Numbered from the stretch's first letter, positions 24,488 through 38,549 are shown. The stretch: 64,000 nt of DNA from Phoronis australis (GCA_002633005.1 NMRA01000290.1:60676-124675), one strand, 5' to 3'. Program-made: numbers and translations. The notes: generated from the sequence alone by a model not told the origin.

Positions 24488-25265
24488 GTATCTTATACGT
24501 TCCGTCTTTGATATCAATCATTCAGCTTTACCTTCGATTGGACAAGCTACTTTCAATGTTTAACTCGTCATCGCATAACTAGTCAGCTTAAATGAGTTGT
24601 CTATTAGTCTTTGGTTATAGTGTCATGTTCGTGTTATGCGAATGGCTTAACATATGTCCTTGTCTTATTACGTTAACGTACAAAATCCTTTGTGAATTGT
24701 ATTTAGAGTTAAGTGGGGATGCTTAACTGTAGTTTTTAAGTGGGCTGCCGAGTGCTTTTAGTAGGATAATTCAGGTTTGACATGTCGCAAAGACTGAACT
24801 TAGTAACTACCGTCAGTTCCATGCTGCAGAAAGAAAATAACAATTTTATTTAACCATCACATTTTCTCTGCGTGAATGTCAGGCTGTTTTATTGTAGTCT
24901 GTTTTTTTACTAGTCATCGAATAGAAAATGAGAATTACCTTTTGAAATTTTCACTGGCTGTTAACTTGCTGCCATATTCCTCGGTAGAGATTACCACTAG
25001 GTTGACATCCTAAAAATAGTACGTTTTAAATAGGACTTTGGCGTAGGGAGCCCTCATCTCTGTTCATACACCTGGACGTCGTCTGCTTGATGTAAATAGA
25101 CTTGTATTTTGCATTTATAGCCGTTGGTTTCTAGAAGACTTATTTCTCATTTTCTATTGCATAGTTCATAAGAAACTGACTATAGTATTTACATTACACC
25201 CCGATGAAGTTATTTACCAGTCAGGCTGTTTTGTGTTAAAATTATATAGTGTTCCTATGTTGCAG

Positions 25266-25346
25266 GACCTCTCAGCTGCTGTGGGAAGTGCCAGTGCTCG
25301 TCACATCCTGCAGTTTTTTAATGCACCCACTGGTGGCGCTAGATAG
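25266..25346 (+). CDS. FAAP24: FAAP24-like protein, terminal coding exon (DLSAAVGSASARHILQFFNAPTGGAR*)
   Basis: Acceptor tgttgcag, phase 0, second HhH motif L..vG...A..I..FF then TAG. Candidate AATAAA at 26722. Confidence 0.65.
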   Translation, partial: DLSAAVGSASARHILQFFNAPTGGAR

Positions 25347-28014
25347 CAGAGGACAAAAAGGCAATATGCAGTGTTTAAGAACGAAATATGTTGCCAAGTG
25401 ATACTAGTATCATTGTGTTTGTGCAGTCTGGTACAGAAATTTGCTGTGGTTGTAAATGATATGACCAGACTCACAAAGTAGGAAACCTGCTTTACAAATA
25501 GGGACCTCCTGAAACGCACTAATTTATGTATAGGGACCATATGTACCCACAACCTCCAAACATCTCCAGGCTTGCGTCAGAATATTCATTTCTTAACTTT
25601 AAGCTGCCTTAAGGTTATTTAGGCTAACTTAGGAACGTCATATCTTGGAAAAGTAGGATCAGATTTTTTGAAACTTTCAAATACAACTCCACTCCTGCAA
25701 CTAGTGGTCATTTTTATTATTTTTGACCTGCCTCTATATTCTCCAACTTGCCCAGGGGATTAAAATTGGCAGATGTATTCTTAATGATAAGAGCACGACT
25801 GACGTGGATTTTCAGATGTTTCGCCTCCTTACGGCAATTTGTTTTTTCACGTTTGCCTCTGTAATCTGTGGCTGATTTTCATGAAATTTAGCAAATAGCT
25901 GACACTTTTTCACTTTCTGGCGCATTCAATGTATTCTTTGCCATCTAGTGGCCAGTTTTATGATTCTAACAAACACTCCTAAAAGCACACCGTTTCCTGT
26001 GCAGTTTTGGGCGCATTTCGATGCTTTGCTTGGCTCTTGTTATGTGTTTAAATAACCTTCGAAGAAGATATATTGTTATTTTGAAATAGTATATCAGATA
26101 ATTATCTTGGTTAAAATTTTACATTAATGTAGTGAAGCTGACGTGATCAAATTAACATTTATTGTATTGTCTTTTGGTTGACGTAGATGTCATAAATTTG
26201 TAACACAGCTCAGCTGTTTTAGTTGCCAGTAATGATTTATTGTGAAGTTGCTGTCTTGCTGCTATTGTACTGCATTCCCATGTTGTTTTCATCTGATCTG
26301 ATATGTTCAGTTCTGGGTTTCTCTGGCTTTTTTAGAATTTGATGTATTATTCAGAGGGCAAGTACTATGCTATTTTTCTCAAATGGTGTTCGGAAACATC
26401 TGAGTTGGATCATTCTTCATCCTAAAATGAATAAGCTGGTACAGTTCAGAAAAATATGGGATCACAATAAGATGGCTCAGATATTCTAAGCACGTTTTGT
26501 GTGACCATTTGCCCTTATTACTCATAATTCAAATTTCGTGAAGGAAAAGACTTGTGACAAGTGGAAACTGGGCAATTTTAGCTAAAAACGTGACTTGAAT
26601 GCACCACCGTCTATGCAGCTCAGCTTGTACAAAACAGCCTGTTCCTATTTGCCCTTTAGTTAAATACCAAGATCATACCTTGGTGTGACAGGTTTTGAAT
26701 GTTCATGTACTTTATAACTTCAATAAATATGTATAAAGTTTCAGAATCTGGTTCGTTGATTCAGTATAGATACCACTCACTGTTATAAAATTGGTCTTGA
26801 GACATAACGGATTATTTATCTTTCAAAGAACTGTCTGGTAGTTCATTTACTCGGCGAATAAAATGACACGCCAGTTATTTGCAAGTCCAGAAATCACACC
26901 TATATATTTTTAACTAAGGAACAATTTGAGATCATTTCCGTGTATCGGGCAACTTCCACTTTTTCATTAATTAAGGGTACCAACATCGTAAATGCCCACA
27001 CCTTGAAATATTGCCAGTAGCGGTGAGATTTTACTGTAAATGGTCTCTATTTTGTGGCAGGCCGGGATTAATAGCTGCTTTTAATGGTTGTCCTCGCCCG
27101 AGTGTTCTGACTTACATGTTGATACAAAATCTAAAGGTTCCTAGTTGAGATATCACGTCAAGAATGTTGCATGCAGTCAACTTATTTTCTCACTATGACC
27201 AAAATGGACTTGCGACTACAGTTGCCCACTCACAACTCTGGACAAGATGAACAAAATCTGAAGCTTCCTCTTGCTGCTTAAAATGATACTAAACCCTCTC
27301 TTGATGATTGCAACCAGTCCTTGTTCTGCCCACTGCTAATGCTTCATTGGGCATCAATCTTGAAAGATAAAATCAGGAATAGTCGAAAGACTCCCTGTGT
27401 CGCATATTGGGTAGTCTGGCTCTTAGTGCCGAGTTCTTTCTCCACAGTTGCCACGTGTAGTTCACTAAAAGCATAGTCAAACTTGCCCATTTAGCAAAAT
27501 TTGAAACAGTTTTGAAATTTTCTTCCTAACATTTGAGGGTTGTCAAGAGTTATTAAAGCATTTTGTTTCAGAGAGATGGATGGGAATGTTCAATATCTGT
27601 TCGTAGGCCAAAACCTCGGCTGCTCTGGGGTACTTATAACACATGCTCTGCATTGCCCACCCATTAAGTTCCTAATTTTCACTTACAGGGCCATAAGCTC
27701 CACTTCATCCACCCTCAAGTTATACGACAGAAACTTCCTTGTAACAGCCATCTTATCAGAATTTTAGCTCCGAAAAGTACTCACCTATCTTTTAAGCAAG
27801 TCTGCTCTGAGCAGAACCTTGCAGAAAAGGCCTACTCTCATGCCACTTACTAGAGATGTGAAATAGTTATTTAGGTCACATGCATTCTAATATGCTCGGT
27901 GCGCTCCTTGGTTTATTTCCTAGGTCGTAATCCTGTGCAAAAAAACAGCACTAGGCCAGGTCATTATGTATGCGTAATTTTTATACCTCTTGTACTATTG
28001 AACTGAACAATCCC

Positions 28015-28171
28015 CAGTGGCAGATTTAGAAGGGGGCCAAGTGGGCCATGTCCCCCCTCCTAAAATTCTTCCAGATTACATTAGGCAGTTCGGGGGTGCA
28101 AGTGTCATGACGGACAAAATCCTGGCTAATACTCTGTCCTGCCCCCACTCAAAATCCTGGATCCGCTCCTG
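28015..28171. mobile_element. Short MITE, same family as 21717-21855
   Basis: CAGTGGCAGATTTAG ... CTGGATCCGCTCCTG, shared interior AAATCCTGGCTAATACTCTG. Possible 5-bp TSD atccc/atcac. Confidence 0.65.
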
Positions 28172-30571
28172 ATCACTCCATTCTACACAGCAATCCATTT
28201 ACCAAAATGTTCTTAATCCAATCCTTTGATTCTTGCACCTGAAGTTTTACATCAACGAGGCTGCATGAGTGTTAACAGCAACTACCTTCGACTTCTTGAA
28301 AATTTATGAGCACGTGCTCAACTTAACACCCACCCTGTGACTTTCAAGTGGCCAATTAAGCACACCTTCAACAATTGCATTAATAAATCAACGGCAATGT
28401 TAATTATAAATAAAAGTGATTTATTTACTCATTTTATACATCATACGAGCATTAATTACCTGATGTGTCCTTTTCATATTTAACAGATCCGGAGCATGTA
28501 CAACAATCCACAAACATAATTTCCTATTAAACAGGAACAACAATTAAACACAAATAAGATTCAAAATTTACAATCTCTGATGGAATAGCATGGAACAAAC
28601 TATGTTTAGTTACTCTTGATTATATATGTATCTATGTAATACCCTACGCTTCAAATGCCAATAGGTTCCTGAATACAGTGAAACTAGGGACATGCGTATG
28701 TCAGATTTTCCAATTAACATAATATGCTGTATGGTTGGGTAGTCCAAATTCATGCGCTCAGCCTATCAGATAAGTTGAATTTTGCTTTACTCAGATGAAA
28801 TATATCCGTTGAACAGATCCAACTTAGCAAGGCTATTTAGTATTACTGTCCCGGAATATAGACGTGCACCTTGAAGAGCTTTGCAGTCTTAACCACAACT
28901 TCACAAAACTATTGACTGCAAAAATCTACAATACAGAACAAATGTAATCAAACAAAATACCAGTCCCCATCATAACAGACGTGTACATTGCCAGCAAAAA
29001 TGACGCAACGATGAATACATTGGCAAAATTCTAATTACAAAATGGCTTGGACCACCTTATTAACTTTCCTACTAATTCATCTTCATTCATGGCCATGAAG
29101 AAACCTACTCAACAATAAATATGGCTTCTGTCCAGCTGTCATGATGTGGAATTTTGGATCATTTTGTGTGAATACTTTTGGCTTATACTGTACAATGTAG
29201 AATGTAGCCACATTTTTATTGCAGAGTCAAAGGTGGACTGAGGTGGTATTAAACTTGTTGACAGAAAATAATTCCACTTTAATGCAAAAATGAAGCAACT
29301 AAAATAACATAGATGTAAAAGAGGCTATTATACAGTATACCAGACCAAACTGAATGGAGACACATTGAAACATTTGGATTACAGCATTTGTCCAGGTTTA
29401 ACGCCCATGCTAGGTTTAATGTCCATCACCACCGCAATTTATAAGATCAAGACTTCTTTGAAAGTGCACGTATCTCTGTGAATGCTAGCCTTGCGCGAAC
29501 CAAGTTCCCATAATGAACAAAGCCCACATCTGTCTTTCAGTGCCACCTCGACTCCAACAGAAATATACCCGCAGTCTACAAAATGTACGTTTTATTAAAC
29601 TATTGCACACCAATCCAAAGCATTTACCTGAAACCATTTGGGTAAACGCCAATTCCAATTTCAAAAACTGTTTTCCCGCCCCCTCATCTAAAGTCCCTAG
29701 GCGTTAACCTGGACAAGTGCAGTATGTAGTCTACCATCAGAATATTTCATCAACAACATGAGACTCGATAAACCCAAATGCTCACATGAACCAAGTCAAC
29801 AGGAATACTCCTAAAGTATAAATGCCTCAATAAAACGAACAGCTTTACAAGAGAATAAGAGAGAAACTTCAATACATTGCATATTGTTTTCAAATCAGAT
29901 AATGCCCAAGAAAGGCAATGCCTCCATAGTCCAGGGGTCTGTTACTTAAAGAGTCTTTAGCCAAGATTTTTTGACTTTGGCTTTTAGTCTGCTCCCGAGC
30001 AGGCAATGGATTACTGTCCTTTGGTTTCGAGTTGTAGACAGGTTTTCTGACTTAACTTCTAACCTGAGCCTGATTTTGTGAAACAGGCTAAGCCATCCAG
30101 AGATTGAATTTTAGGCAACAGACAAGACTTTGAAAAACAGCCTCTAGGAGTGCCAGGTCTTGCCTCAATTGGGAGTGACTAGCACTTCACAACAGAAGCA
30201 TACTTGCGCTGTAGTCTCTTAGAATTATATGAATTAGCCAGTGAAGCAGGGAAAAGATTTACAGAACTTTTGTTCCAAAAAATTAGTTGGAAGGAGTCGT
30301 CGTCTCTCTTTTTTACACTTACTGTAAATGCTCAGTTAGCGCTCCATACACCATGGAATTGCAGAACAAAAAATATTCACCTGCCACCAAACTACTGCAG
30401 ATGTATGTGGTGATCAAAAACAAATCCACGTACTAGTCAAATAAAAGCAAAACACCATTCCTCACACGCATATTTCACAAGACTCATTCTGTGAATAACT
30501 GTTTCATATTAGAATAGCTAACCAAGGTTCTAAATGGAGTTCCTCATGCCTTGAGGACACCACTAAGTGTC

Positions 30572-31374
30572 TCAAAGCAACAGTCGTGTGTCTGAACACG
30601 TTGATTCCAATGAACTAACAGAATCCGTCCTAACAACTGTCACTGCTTGTTCTGTGTCGAGCAGCTGACTATCATCACTTGAGGCGCTGTTCACACTTGA
30701 ATGCCTATCAACGTTTCTTCGATTTGCATTGGTGCTCTGAAGTTGTGAACTTCCAGTCTCGGCTGGTTTAACGCTGTCGCCATCCACTGATACCATGACA
30801 CTATCAAGAGAGGCACTTGCACTTCCTGCGTCCTCATTAATCATAGTAGACCCGCTACTACTACTACTACCAGCCTCATTTCCAGCTTCATTTACTGCAC
30901 GTCTCACGTGCTTCTCCGGCCGAGTGCGACGCCACTGGGCAACGCAGCCTGCGGTCACTATGTCTACAGTCTGAGATAAACTAGAATCACTGGTGTTCCT
31001 ATTTATACCAACAGGGGGAGGTGTTGTGGCACTACCAGCATTCTCGACAGCACCACTGGAAGTGTTTCTAACTGTGTTGTTGTTCGACCCAGCTGTACTG
31101 TCTCCTGCCTGCCCTTGACTCCTTAGCTGTTCCTGCCTCTCTCTTTGCACTTCGTCAAAAGGTCGTGAAGTTATCATAGCCTCATTATAAGGTGGGGGAG
31201 CTCTCCGCCGAGCAATCTGATTTTGTATTCGTGTTAATGGGGTTTCATAGCGTGGTCCATAATGGTCCTGCATTCTCAGAGCATACAGCTTGCAAGTGCA
31301 GCCCAGAGCGATCACCAATAACAAGCCACAAATCAATGAACCAATAACAGCGGCTGTTACAACGCGTGTTGTCA
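30572..31374 (-). CDS. LRP12: LRP12/LRP3/LRP10-family receptor, exon 11: transmembrane helix and cytoplasmic tail
   Basis: TRVVTAAVIGSLICGLLLVIALGCTCKLY is nearly identical to the LRP12/ST7 transmembrane region. Also RRAPPPY (PPxY) and C-terminal DSQLL and DTRLL (DxxLL) sorting motifs. Acceptor tttcag, phase 1. Confidence 0.93.
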
Positions 31375-32075
31375 CTGAAAAGAAGATGGTGTTTGAGTTG
31401 TCAGATAACAATGTTAAAGAAGACGGGAGAAATGACTTTGGCATTCACTTACAACCGCAAAAAGTAATGAGAGAATGTCAATACACCATTTGACCACAGA
31501 GGATACTTTGCGTAAATAAACTCTGAAATGTGCAGCTCACACAATGACAATGTTAATTAACAAATAAGTAGCAAAAGATTCACTGAATGTACAAAATACT
31601 GTTTTGGATTTGCACTAGTTTATGAAAGGCTCATCTTAGAGCCAGGGTACATTCCTTCAATTGGCTTGCTGATACAACTGCCAGCAAATGTCTTCCAACT
31701 GAAAACAATATATTTCTAGTTTCCAATCATTTATAATAATTAGACGTGATGAATCTTAATCCTTCTCAACTCCCCGGGAACATATAGCGGGAGCAACCCT
31801 TGTCAGAACACACTGATTAATCCTAACACATAATTAATTATCTTTTAAAAATTAAAATTTCAAGTGCTTAATTACTTCCTGAATCAGACTAGTAAAATTT
31901 AAGAAAATATGATGTGATTGTGCCTTCTATTCTTATTCGTGGATCCAAACTGCATCGCATTAGTGGCAGATACGTCATCATAAACAACTGAATTTGTGCC
32001 TCACTGCACCTACGGGGAGTCGCTGCAATGGTCTCATCATGGACTCTACAGAGTTTCCAGTCTAGATCAGTATAC

Positions 32076-32201
32076 CTGGACAGTTGATTTCATCACTGCC
32101 ATCGGCGCAGTCTGCCTGGTTATCACAGTGCCACGTCTCCTGGATGCAGGAGCTATCTTTACACAGGAATGTACCATTGAGCGGACCACAGAGATCAGGA
32201 G
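32076..32201 (-). CDS. LRP12: LRP12-like exon 10, LDL-A repeat 5
   Basis: [37 protein letters not shown]; cag/gtatac, 126 nt, phase 1-1. Confidence 0.92.
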
Positions 32202-32803
32202 CTGAAGTGAATACAAAAAAGATTTACTGAACACTCATGTTTTTAAAGTAACAGGGTTGGATTTATTCGCTAGCAAGGTAATTTATAATTCTAGGAATTT
32301 CAGAGTTTGAAAAAACAGGCGAATCTAAGAGAACGACATGCATTAGTGACAGAGACAGATTCCTTTCAGGGTGACCCAAAAAAGAACACAGAAAACATTG
32401 CATCAAATTCTTGATTCCCCATTCTTTTGGAAAGAATAATAGAAAACTTGACATTTAAGGTTGTAATCTTGTCCAAATGTCATCGACAGGCTGAAGTTTA
32501 AATTTACCAAATGTGAAAAAAATGATTTATTTAGGATTATTTACAATTTTTATGCATTTTTTTCTGTCTACCAGGTGGGTAGAGAGACACTTTTATAGTA
32601 AAAGCAAATATAGTTTTTATGACAAAAACTTTCTCTTTTTTATGTTAGCCCAGACCATGGCTTCTGTTACGAGTCCCAGCTTCAATTAAAAGCACTAGAG
32701 TCTTCCCATGAAATAGCTGAGAAATAGTTACTTTAACAGACACCTCATCAAACAAACAACAAATAACAACAGGGACAATTTCTCAACTGTTATCATAACG
32801 TAC

Positions 32804-32917
32804 TACAATGTTTCTCATCTGTCGAGTTGCGACATTTCGGCTTGCCATCACAGCGTTCTTTTTCAGCATAACACTGGGTCTCTTTCTCGCAAGCAAATTC
32901 ATCAGCCTTACAGGTTC
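32804..32917 (-). CDS. LRP12: LRP12-like exon 9, LDL-A repeat 4
   Basis: CKADEFACEKETQCYAEKERCDGKPKCRNSTDEKHC; cag/gtacgt, 114 nt. Confidence 0.9.
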
Positions 32918-33744
32918 CTGTAATATGTATAAACAAAACATTGTGTCATCACAACCCACAGTTGTTGCCAGCATCGCAGTTACATACACGTCTGTTTACA
33001 ACTACTCTCTGTATGATAGTCGAAAATTGAATCAAATTTGACGCAGGTAAGTCTGTTGAACAGGTAAGCGTGTGTACAATGAAGTGGCTGTTCAGACAAA
33101 GAAAATTAAGGCAAAACAGATATTGAGAAACATTTTATAATATCTTCTTTACTCTCGGGCAACACAAGCACAGTGGTGGGAAATATGAAAGACTAGTTTG
33201 ATAACAGGCTGGTTAGATATCAGTGAATGGCATGGAAATGAACAAAACATTTAGTGGTTTGTAGTTCTATACTAGTAATGTTTGAGTTTGAGAACATGCC
33301 AACAAAATACAAATTCATGAAAATGACCATTTAATACAGACTACACCGCTTAATGATCAGCTTACCGTTGATAACTATAGGGTAAAAAGTAAGATCAGAC
33401 GATTTTAATGGACAATTCAACCTGAGCTGTGTCAACAAAACAAACAAATATGAGCAATGCCAATTTCTTGTTTCCCAACATTAAGAATCCACGTAGCTTT
33501 GGTTCTTATCAAATGATATAAAACATTCGATTCCTGTTCAGGGTTGGGACTGCCTTAACTCAACTTGCATGAATTCAACCAAACTGTAAATTTTATTCCA
33601 AACAGACCAATTTTCCAAGAATCAAATGAAGCTCCAGTTATCATTAAAAACAAGCATTTCTATTCCAAGACGACATCTTCACTACAGCCCAAAGGATGTT
33701 TGACAGGTACGGCTAGGTAGGCCTCAATTTCAGTTGATACGCAC

Positions 33745-33864
33745 CACATCCGCGCTCATCTCCACCATGAAGAGGGCAGTCCCACTTGCCGTCGCACCCC
33801 AGGGAGGTCACATAGCACTCCTTCTCACTGAAGCCGCAAGAAAACTGGTTGGCGAGACAAACGC
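33745..33864 (-). CDS. LRP12: LRP12-like exon 8, copy A, LDL-A repeat 3 (probable allelic duplicate)
   Basis: VCLANQFSCGFSEKECYVTSLGCDGKWDCPLHGGDERGC; cag/gtgcgt. Lies in block 33386-34070, which is duplicated at 34421-35090. Confidence 0.75.
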
Positions 33865-34774
33865 CTGTGAAGAATGGTTAGAAGATAAAATTAAGGCTAG
33901 TACTGGAGACGGAAAAGACACGATAAAATCAAAATTTACTACAGAGAAGCACTTCAACAACTACAATGGCAAGCAACACAAATTATGTAACTCAATTACA
34001 TTTATTTTTTCAGCTACTGGAGACTTCTGGCCAAAATTAACACCAGGGGGAGCAAAAACTGGAAAATGGGGCTATTCGGAAAATCTACAATAACTAGAGG
34101 GCGTGCGTGTACTAGTGGTGATAGATTAACAGCCTCGATTTTGCGAGCCCTTTAAATACATGGTGAAATGGCTTGCAGCCGTGCCAACTGAATCTGAGAT
34201 TGCGTAAAAAGGGTGCTTCTATGAGAGGAAGTAAGCACGACCTCATACAAAGGTAAGGTTTGTGATTATTTTTACGATTATTCCATGATTATTCTACCGA
34301 TGCCTGTTAACTGAGGCACTCGCCGATGTCGACTTCGCGGCAGTCAGTCGCCAGCCAGAGTCTGGTTAATCTTTATATGTTGTGATATGTGATACGATAC
34401 TTGACGTAGCAATCGGGATNAAAGTAAGATCAGATGATTTTAATGGACAATTCAAGCTGAGCTGTGTCAACAAAACAAACAAATATGAGCTATTCCAATT
34501 TCTTGTTTCCCAACATTAAGAATCCACGTAGCTTTCAGTTGGTTCTTATCAAATGATATAAAACATTCAATTCCTGTTCAGGGTTGGGACTGCCTTAACT
34601 CAACTTGCATGAATTCAACCAAACTGTAAATTTTATTCCAAACAGACCAATTTTCCAAGAATTGACTGAAGCGCCAGTTATCATTAAAAACAAGCATTTC
34701 TATTCGAAGACGACATCTTCACTACAGCCCAAAGGATGTTTGACAGGTAGGCCTAAATTTCAGTTGATACGTAC

Positions 34775-34894
34775 CACATCCGCGCTCATCTCCACCATGA
34801 AGAGGGCAGTCCCACTTGCCGTCGCACCCCAGGGAGGTCACATAGCACTCCTTCTCCCTGAAGCCGCAAGAAAACTGGTTGGAGAGACAAACGC
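34775..34894 (-). CDS. LRP12: LRP12-like exon 8, copy B, LDL-A repeat 3
   Basis: VCLSNQFSCGFREKECYVTSLGCDGKWDCPLHGGDERGC; cag/gtacgt, 120 nt. Confidence 0.8.
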
Positions 34895-35339
34895 CTGTGA
34901 AGAATGATTAGAAGATAAAATTAAGGCTAGTACTGGAGACGGAAAAGACGCGATAAAATCAAAATTCACTACAGAGAAGCACTTCAATAAGTACAATGGC
35001 AAGCAACGTAAATTATGTAACTCAATTACATTCTAATTTATTTTTTCAGCTACTGGAGAATTCAGGCCAAAATTAACGAAAACTGGAAAATTCTCTAAAT
35101 ATACGTCCAGAGCAGTTTAGGGGAAAATGCGTGTGTGAAACCTAAAACTTTCGCTATTTTCACAGGAAATGAACAGTGAAACGTTTGCCAAACTAGAAAC
35201 TCCTTCTCTGTACAATAATTATACAACAAACTGCTTCCACTACCACATGCCACTGAGAAGAATGTCCTGAAAGACTTCAATTTCCCAGCATTTTCAGCTG
35301 GGCATATACAGAATATTAGGATTTGAGCTACGGTGTCAA

Positions 35340-35610
35340 TAAGTCCCACCTGCCAAATACATGCCCTTGGCTTATATACGGAACTCTAACAAGCACAGCT
35401 CTACACGTATCAAGACATGCATGGGCTGCTCAGGTGGGTCCAATGCACTGATTACCTGCGACCATCTTTATGCTTCATTAATAAATAGTTAAAACTGAGC
35501 TGAGGAGCTTGAGACGTGCCTCAAGGGTCTAACAGTGAGCCCCAGTGAGACTTGAACCCACGACATTGAGCAGTGAAAGCAGAAACTTATCTCACTAGGC
35601 CACACTGCCT
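35340..35610 (-). mobile_element. tRNA-derived SINE-like element
   Basis: Minus-strand head AGGCAGTG-TGGCCTAGTGAG (A box) ... GGGTTCAAGTCT (B box), followed by a non-tRNA body. The 3' boundary is approximate. Confidence 0.55.
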
Positions 35611-35740
35611 CAACTTATTGAACCCATAACCCTATTGTCACGAATGTAGCTCTTTAACAACAGCATCACAGTAAGCACACACACGCGCATGCAAACACAC
35701 ACACATGCTACTGGCACTGTTGCCACTCTCACTGCCATAC

Positions 35741-36094
35741 CTTTGACTTGATACGTGACATTGAACCCTAGCTGCGTTATGCTGGCATCGGAGTGGAACT
35801 TGACAAACATCTTGTATGACGTCGACTGGATGACAGGTGGGGGGAGGCGCTTCCCATAGAACTTGCCAATCTGGTCGCTGTTCTGATCTTGCCCGTCGTA
35901 AATGGTAATGTAGTCTGTGTTGTAGCCAGACTCGAGCTGGAACACGTCGAAGCGTAGCTGAATGACGTCCTTCTGCGGGACTAGTATGACCCATTCGCAG
36001 TCGGTGTTCATCGGATACTTGTTGGGGAAGTTAGGCGACGTGAAGTAACCACCTTTATCCGATGATAGTATCTTGCCACATTTCTTCTTGGAAT
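35741..36094 (-). CDS. LRP12: LRP12-like exon 7, CUB domain 2
   Basis: CGKILSSDKGGYFTSPNFPNKYPMNTDCEWVI..IQLRFDVFQLE..DYITIYDG..MFVKFHSD..GFNVTY; tag/gtatgg, 354 nt. Confidence 0.95.
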
Positions 36095-36438
36095 CTATAC
36101 AGATAGCAAAATGCATAGAATGTCCTGCATGTTTCAATGCCCATGAGGGCAGAACACTATCTAGTTGTATTTTGTAAATACACAACAATCCTTCTAATGC
36201 CCTTCAACAACCAGATCTTGACAATCTCCGCAAGTGGTGTACGCAAGCGTTCAACTAAAGACTTTCTACCGGCAATGTACTTGCCATTAAAATACTATAA
36301 GACAGTTTGTTAAATTATAGTATTGTCCTGAATTGGTGTCTGAGATTTCACCTTAAAATTAACCACCGTCTCTAATCACATTGCTGTTGGTCCTCACCAC
36401 TGACAACCAACATTGTCACTACCACTACACTTCCATAG

Positions 36439-36546
36439 GCAATGGTCGGATATAACGTGCTTGTATTTTGAGAACCAGTTTCCTCCACTGAATAACGGGC
36501 ATCAAACTGGTTCTCAAAATAAAAGCAAATTATATTCTACTATTGC
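36439..36546. mobile_element. 108-bp palindromic MITE with a perfect 10-bp target-site duplication (Mutator-like)
   Basis: Arms GCAATGGTCGGATATAA..TATTTTGAGAACCAGTTT / AAACTGGTTCTCAAAATA..TTATATTCTACTATTGC. ACTTCCATAG lies on both sides (36429-36438 and 36547-36556). Confidence 0.85.
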
Positions 36547-36621
36547 ACTTCCATAGGTTCCACTCTGAACCCTGTCACACCACTAGTGAATAGGTCCCCC
36601 CACCACAATACAGGTACTTAC

Positions 36622-36777
36622 CGCAGTGCTGTTCATCCTCGCCACTCAAACAGTCCACTTTGCCATTGCATCGCTGTAGTTCCAGAAAGCAAGTCAGCAG
36701 TTTAGTGGACGCCGACACGCACACGAACTTGTCCTTACCGCAAGAGTTATCAGCGGGAGGAGTTGGAAGAATGGTCG
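36622..36777 (-). CDS. LRP12: LRP12-like exon 6, LDL-A repeat 2
   Basis: CGKDKFVCVSASTKLLTCFLELQRCNGKVDCLSGEDEQHC; cag/gtaagt, 156 nt. Confidence 0.92.
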
Positions 36778-37490
36778 CTGGAACGAGGAATAACTGGTTA
36801 AGATGTGTGAAGGGATTGTGTCCTAGAACTGGACTCAACCTGTTCCTTGCCCAAATTAGAGGCGAGTTTTGGGGATGTGGGAAGAGCTGACAGTTTGTTT
36901 GATACCAGACTCATTAGGCCGGCATGTTACCGGGTCAAATCAAGTGCTGAACATTGTTGCCAGCAGTTCACTGTCAGTTCTTTCCAAATTGGTAAATCAC
37001 TTATCATATGAGTAACAAACAGGTTAAGACCAGTTTTATACTAATAAGTTACCTAACAAAAAGAAACAACTTAAGTTTCTTTGACGAAAACAGTTTTGAA
37101 AATTTACTCAACTTTGCCAGAGAATGTTTCTGGAATTTGTAATAGGCTGGTGAGGGGCACTCACTCATCAAGAACTATGACCAATGGGCACAACACTACC
37201 AAACTTTAATTGAGACTCGATCCAAAAAATTGATCAATCACATGGAATGTTTCAAGTAAATTTACAAATTCACACAATTTCATTGATCAATTTTCGAGTG
37301 AAACCTCTAGTAAAGGTTGATGGCATCAAGCGTAGGTAGGTAACGGACACTCAAACTTACACCAAATTTTCAATGTGTGGAAACTTAAGCAGCCTTAAAG
37401 AACTCAAATCGCAGGTTTATGGTTAAACTTCGGCTACTATAACTTGCAGGCTGCACGTTATAGCCCCAACATGTGCAGTCTCAAACTTAC

Positions 37491-37619
37491 CGTTACAGCC
37501 CGCCTCGTCACTTCCATCGCCACATTCGTCACCGCCATTACAACGCCAGCTGTTGAGCACACACTTGTTATTATTGCACCGAAACTCATCCTCTTGACAA
37601 GTGTTGGCTGGAAAATGTC
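37491..37619 (-). CDS. LRP12: LRP12-like exon 5, LDL-A repeat 1
   Basis: [35 protein letters not shown]; cag/gtaagt, 129 nt. Confidence 0.94.
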
Positions 37620-37970
37620 CTGGAAACAAACCAGATGCAACAGTTAGTTATTACAATACATGGAAATTGAATTTCAAAAGCTTTGTGACACTAATGTTGC
37701 CTAGACACTAAATTTCTGCGTATTTTAGTGAAGCGCCATTAGTGCAATATTCTCGAAGCAACTACAAACTTGTTTTTTTTTGGCCAACATGCTTTATCAT
37801 AAAATGATTGAGTGATCACTAGACCTGTTAAAGAAGAAAGATTCCCTTTTTAACAAGTGAATAGATTCATGGCAAAAAGCATGTTATAAAATAGTTGGCA
37901 TTTGTGGGATTCCCAAATCCATGCATTTAAACAGTTAGGATTTAAGTTGGCCATAGTTATCAGTACATAC

Positions 37971-38194
37971 CAATAATATAAGTGAGTGAGAACCCCCGTC
38001 GGGAACCTCTAACAGCTGAAGGTGGCGCTGACACAAAGCGCACCCACACGTGGGACTTGACAGAGATGAATGGTGGGGGGTACTTGTCAGGGATACTGCC
38101 ACACTGCTTGTACTGGTTGGGAGTCGGCCCAATCTCAATGTAGTCCAAGTTACATTCGCCGCCAGGGCCAGCATGAAGATCAAGGTCTTTGAAG
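37971..38194 (-). CDS. LRP12: LRP12-like exon 4, C-terminal half of CUB domain 1
   Basis: FKDLDL..ECNLDYIEIG..CGS..PPFISVKSHVWVRFVS..GFSLTY; tag/gtatgt, phase 2-1. Confidence 0.92.
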
Positions 38195-38549
38195 CTAAAT
38201 CAACAGCCAACACATGACACACACAAAGAATTGACAACACCAATACTGGGATAATGAATACCGCTTTACTTTAAATTAAACACATTAAAATGAAACAGCT
38301 AGTGCAAGTGCTTTTGTGTGCGCAATATCAATCCTTAGTCAAGTTCTTGGACCACAGAAGAAGCACAAAACACGGTTGGAAAGTGTGCATTTCATAACTG
38401 CAACTATTACCATAAACTAAAACAGGCATTAAAAGTACAACTCTGAACCTAATTTTCAATACTTAGTAAAAATACACAGCATCTAATTTGGTTGAAGTAA
38501 ACAGACTGTGAAAATCATATTAAACAAATATTCCTAGCTCAATACGCAC

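Noticed and set aside
33734-34907. Plus-strand ORFs MIRTTSALISTMKRAV..
   Set aside because: Antisense shadows of the LDL-A exon.
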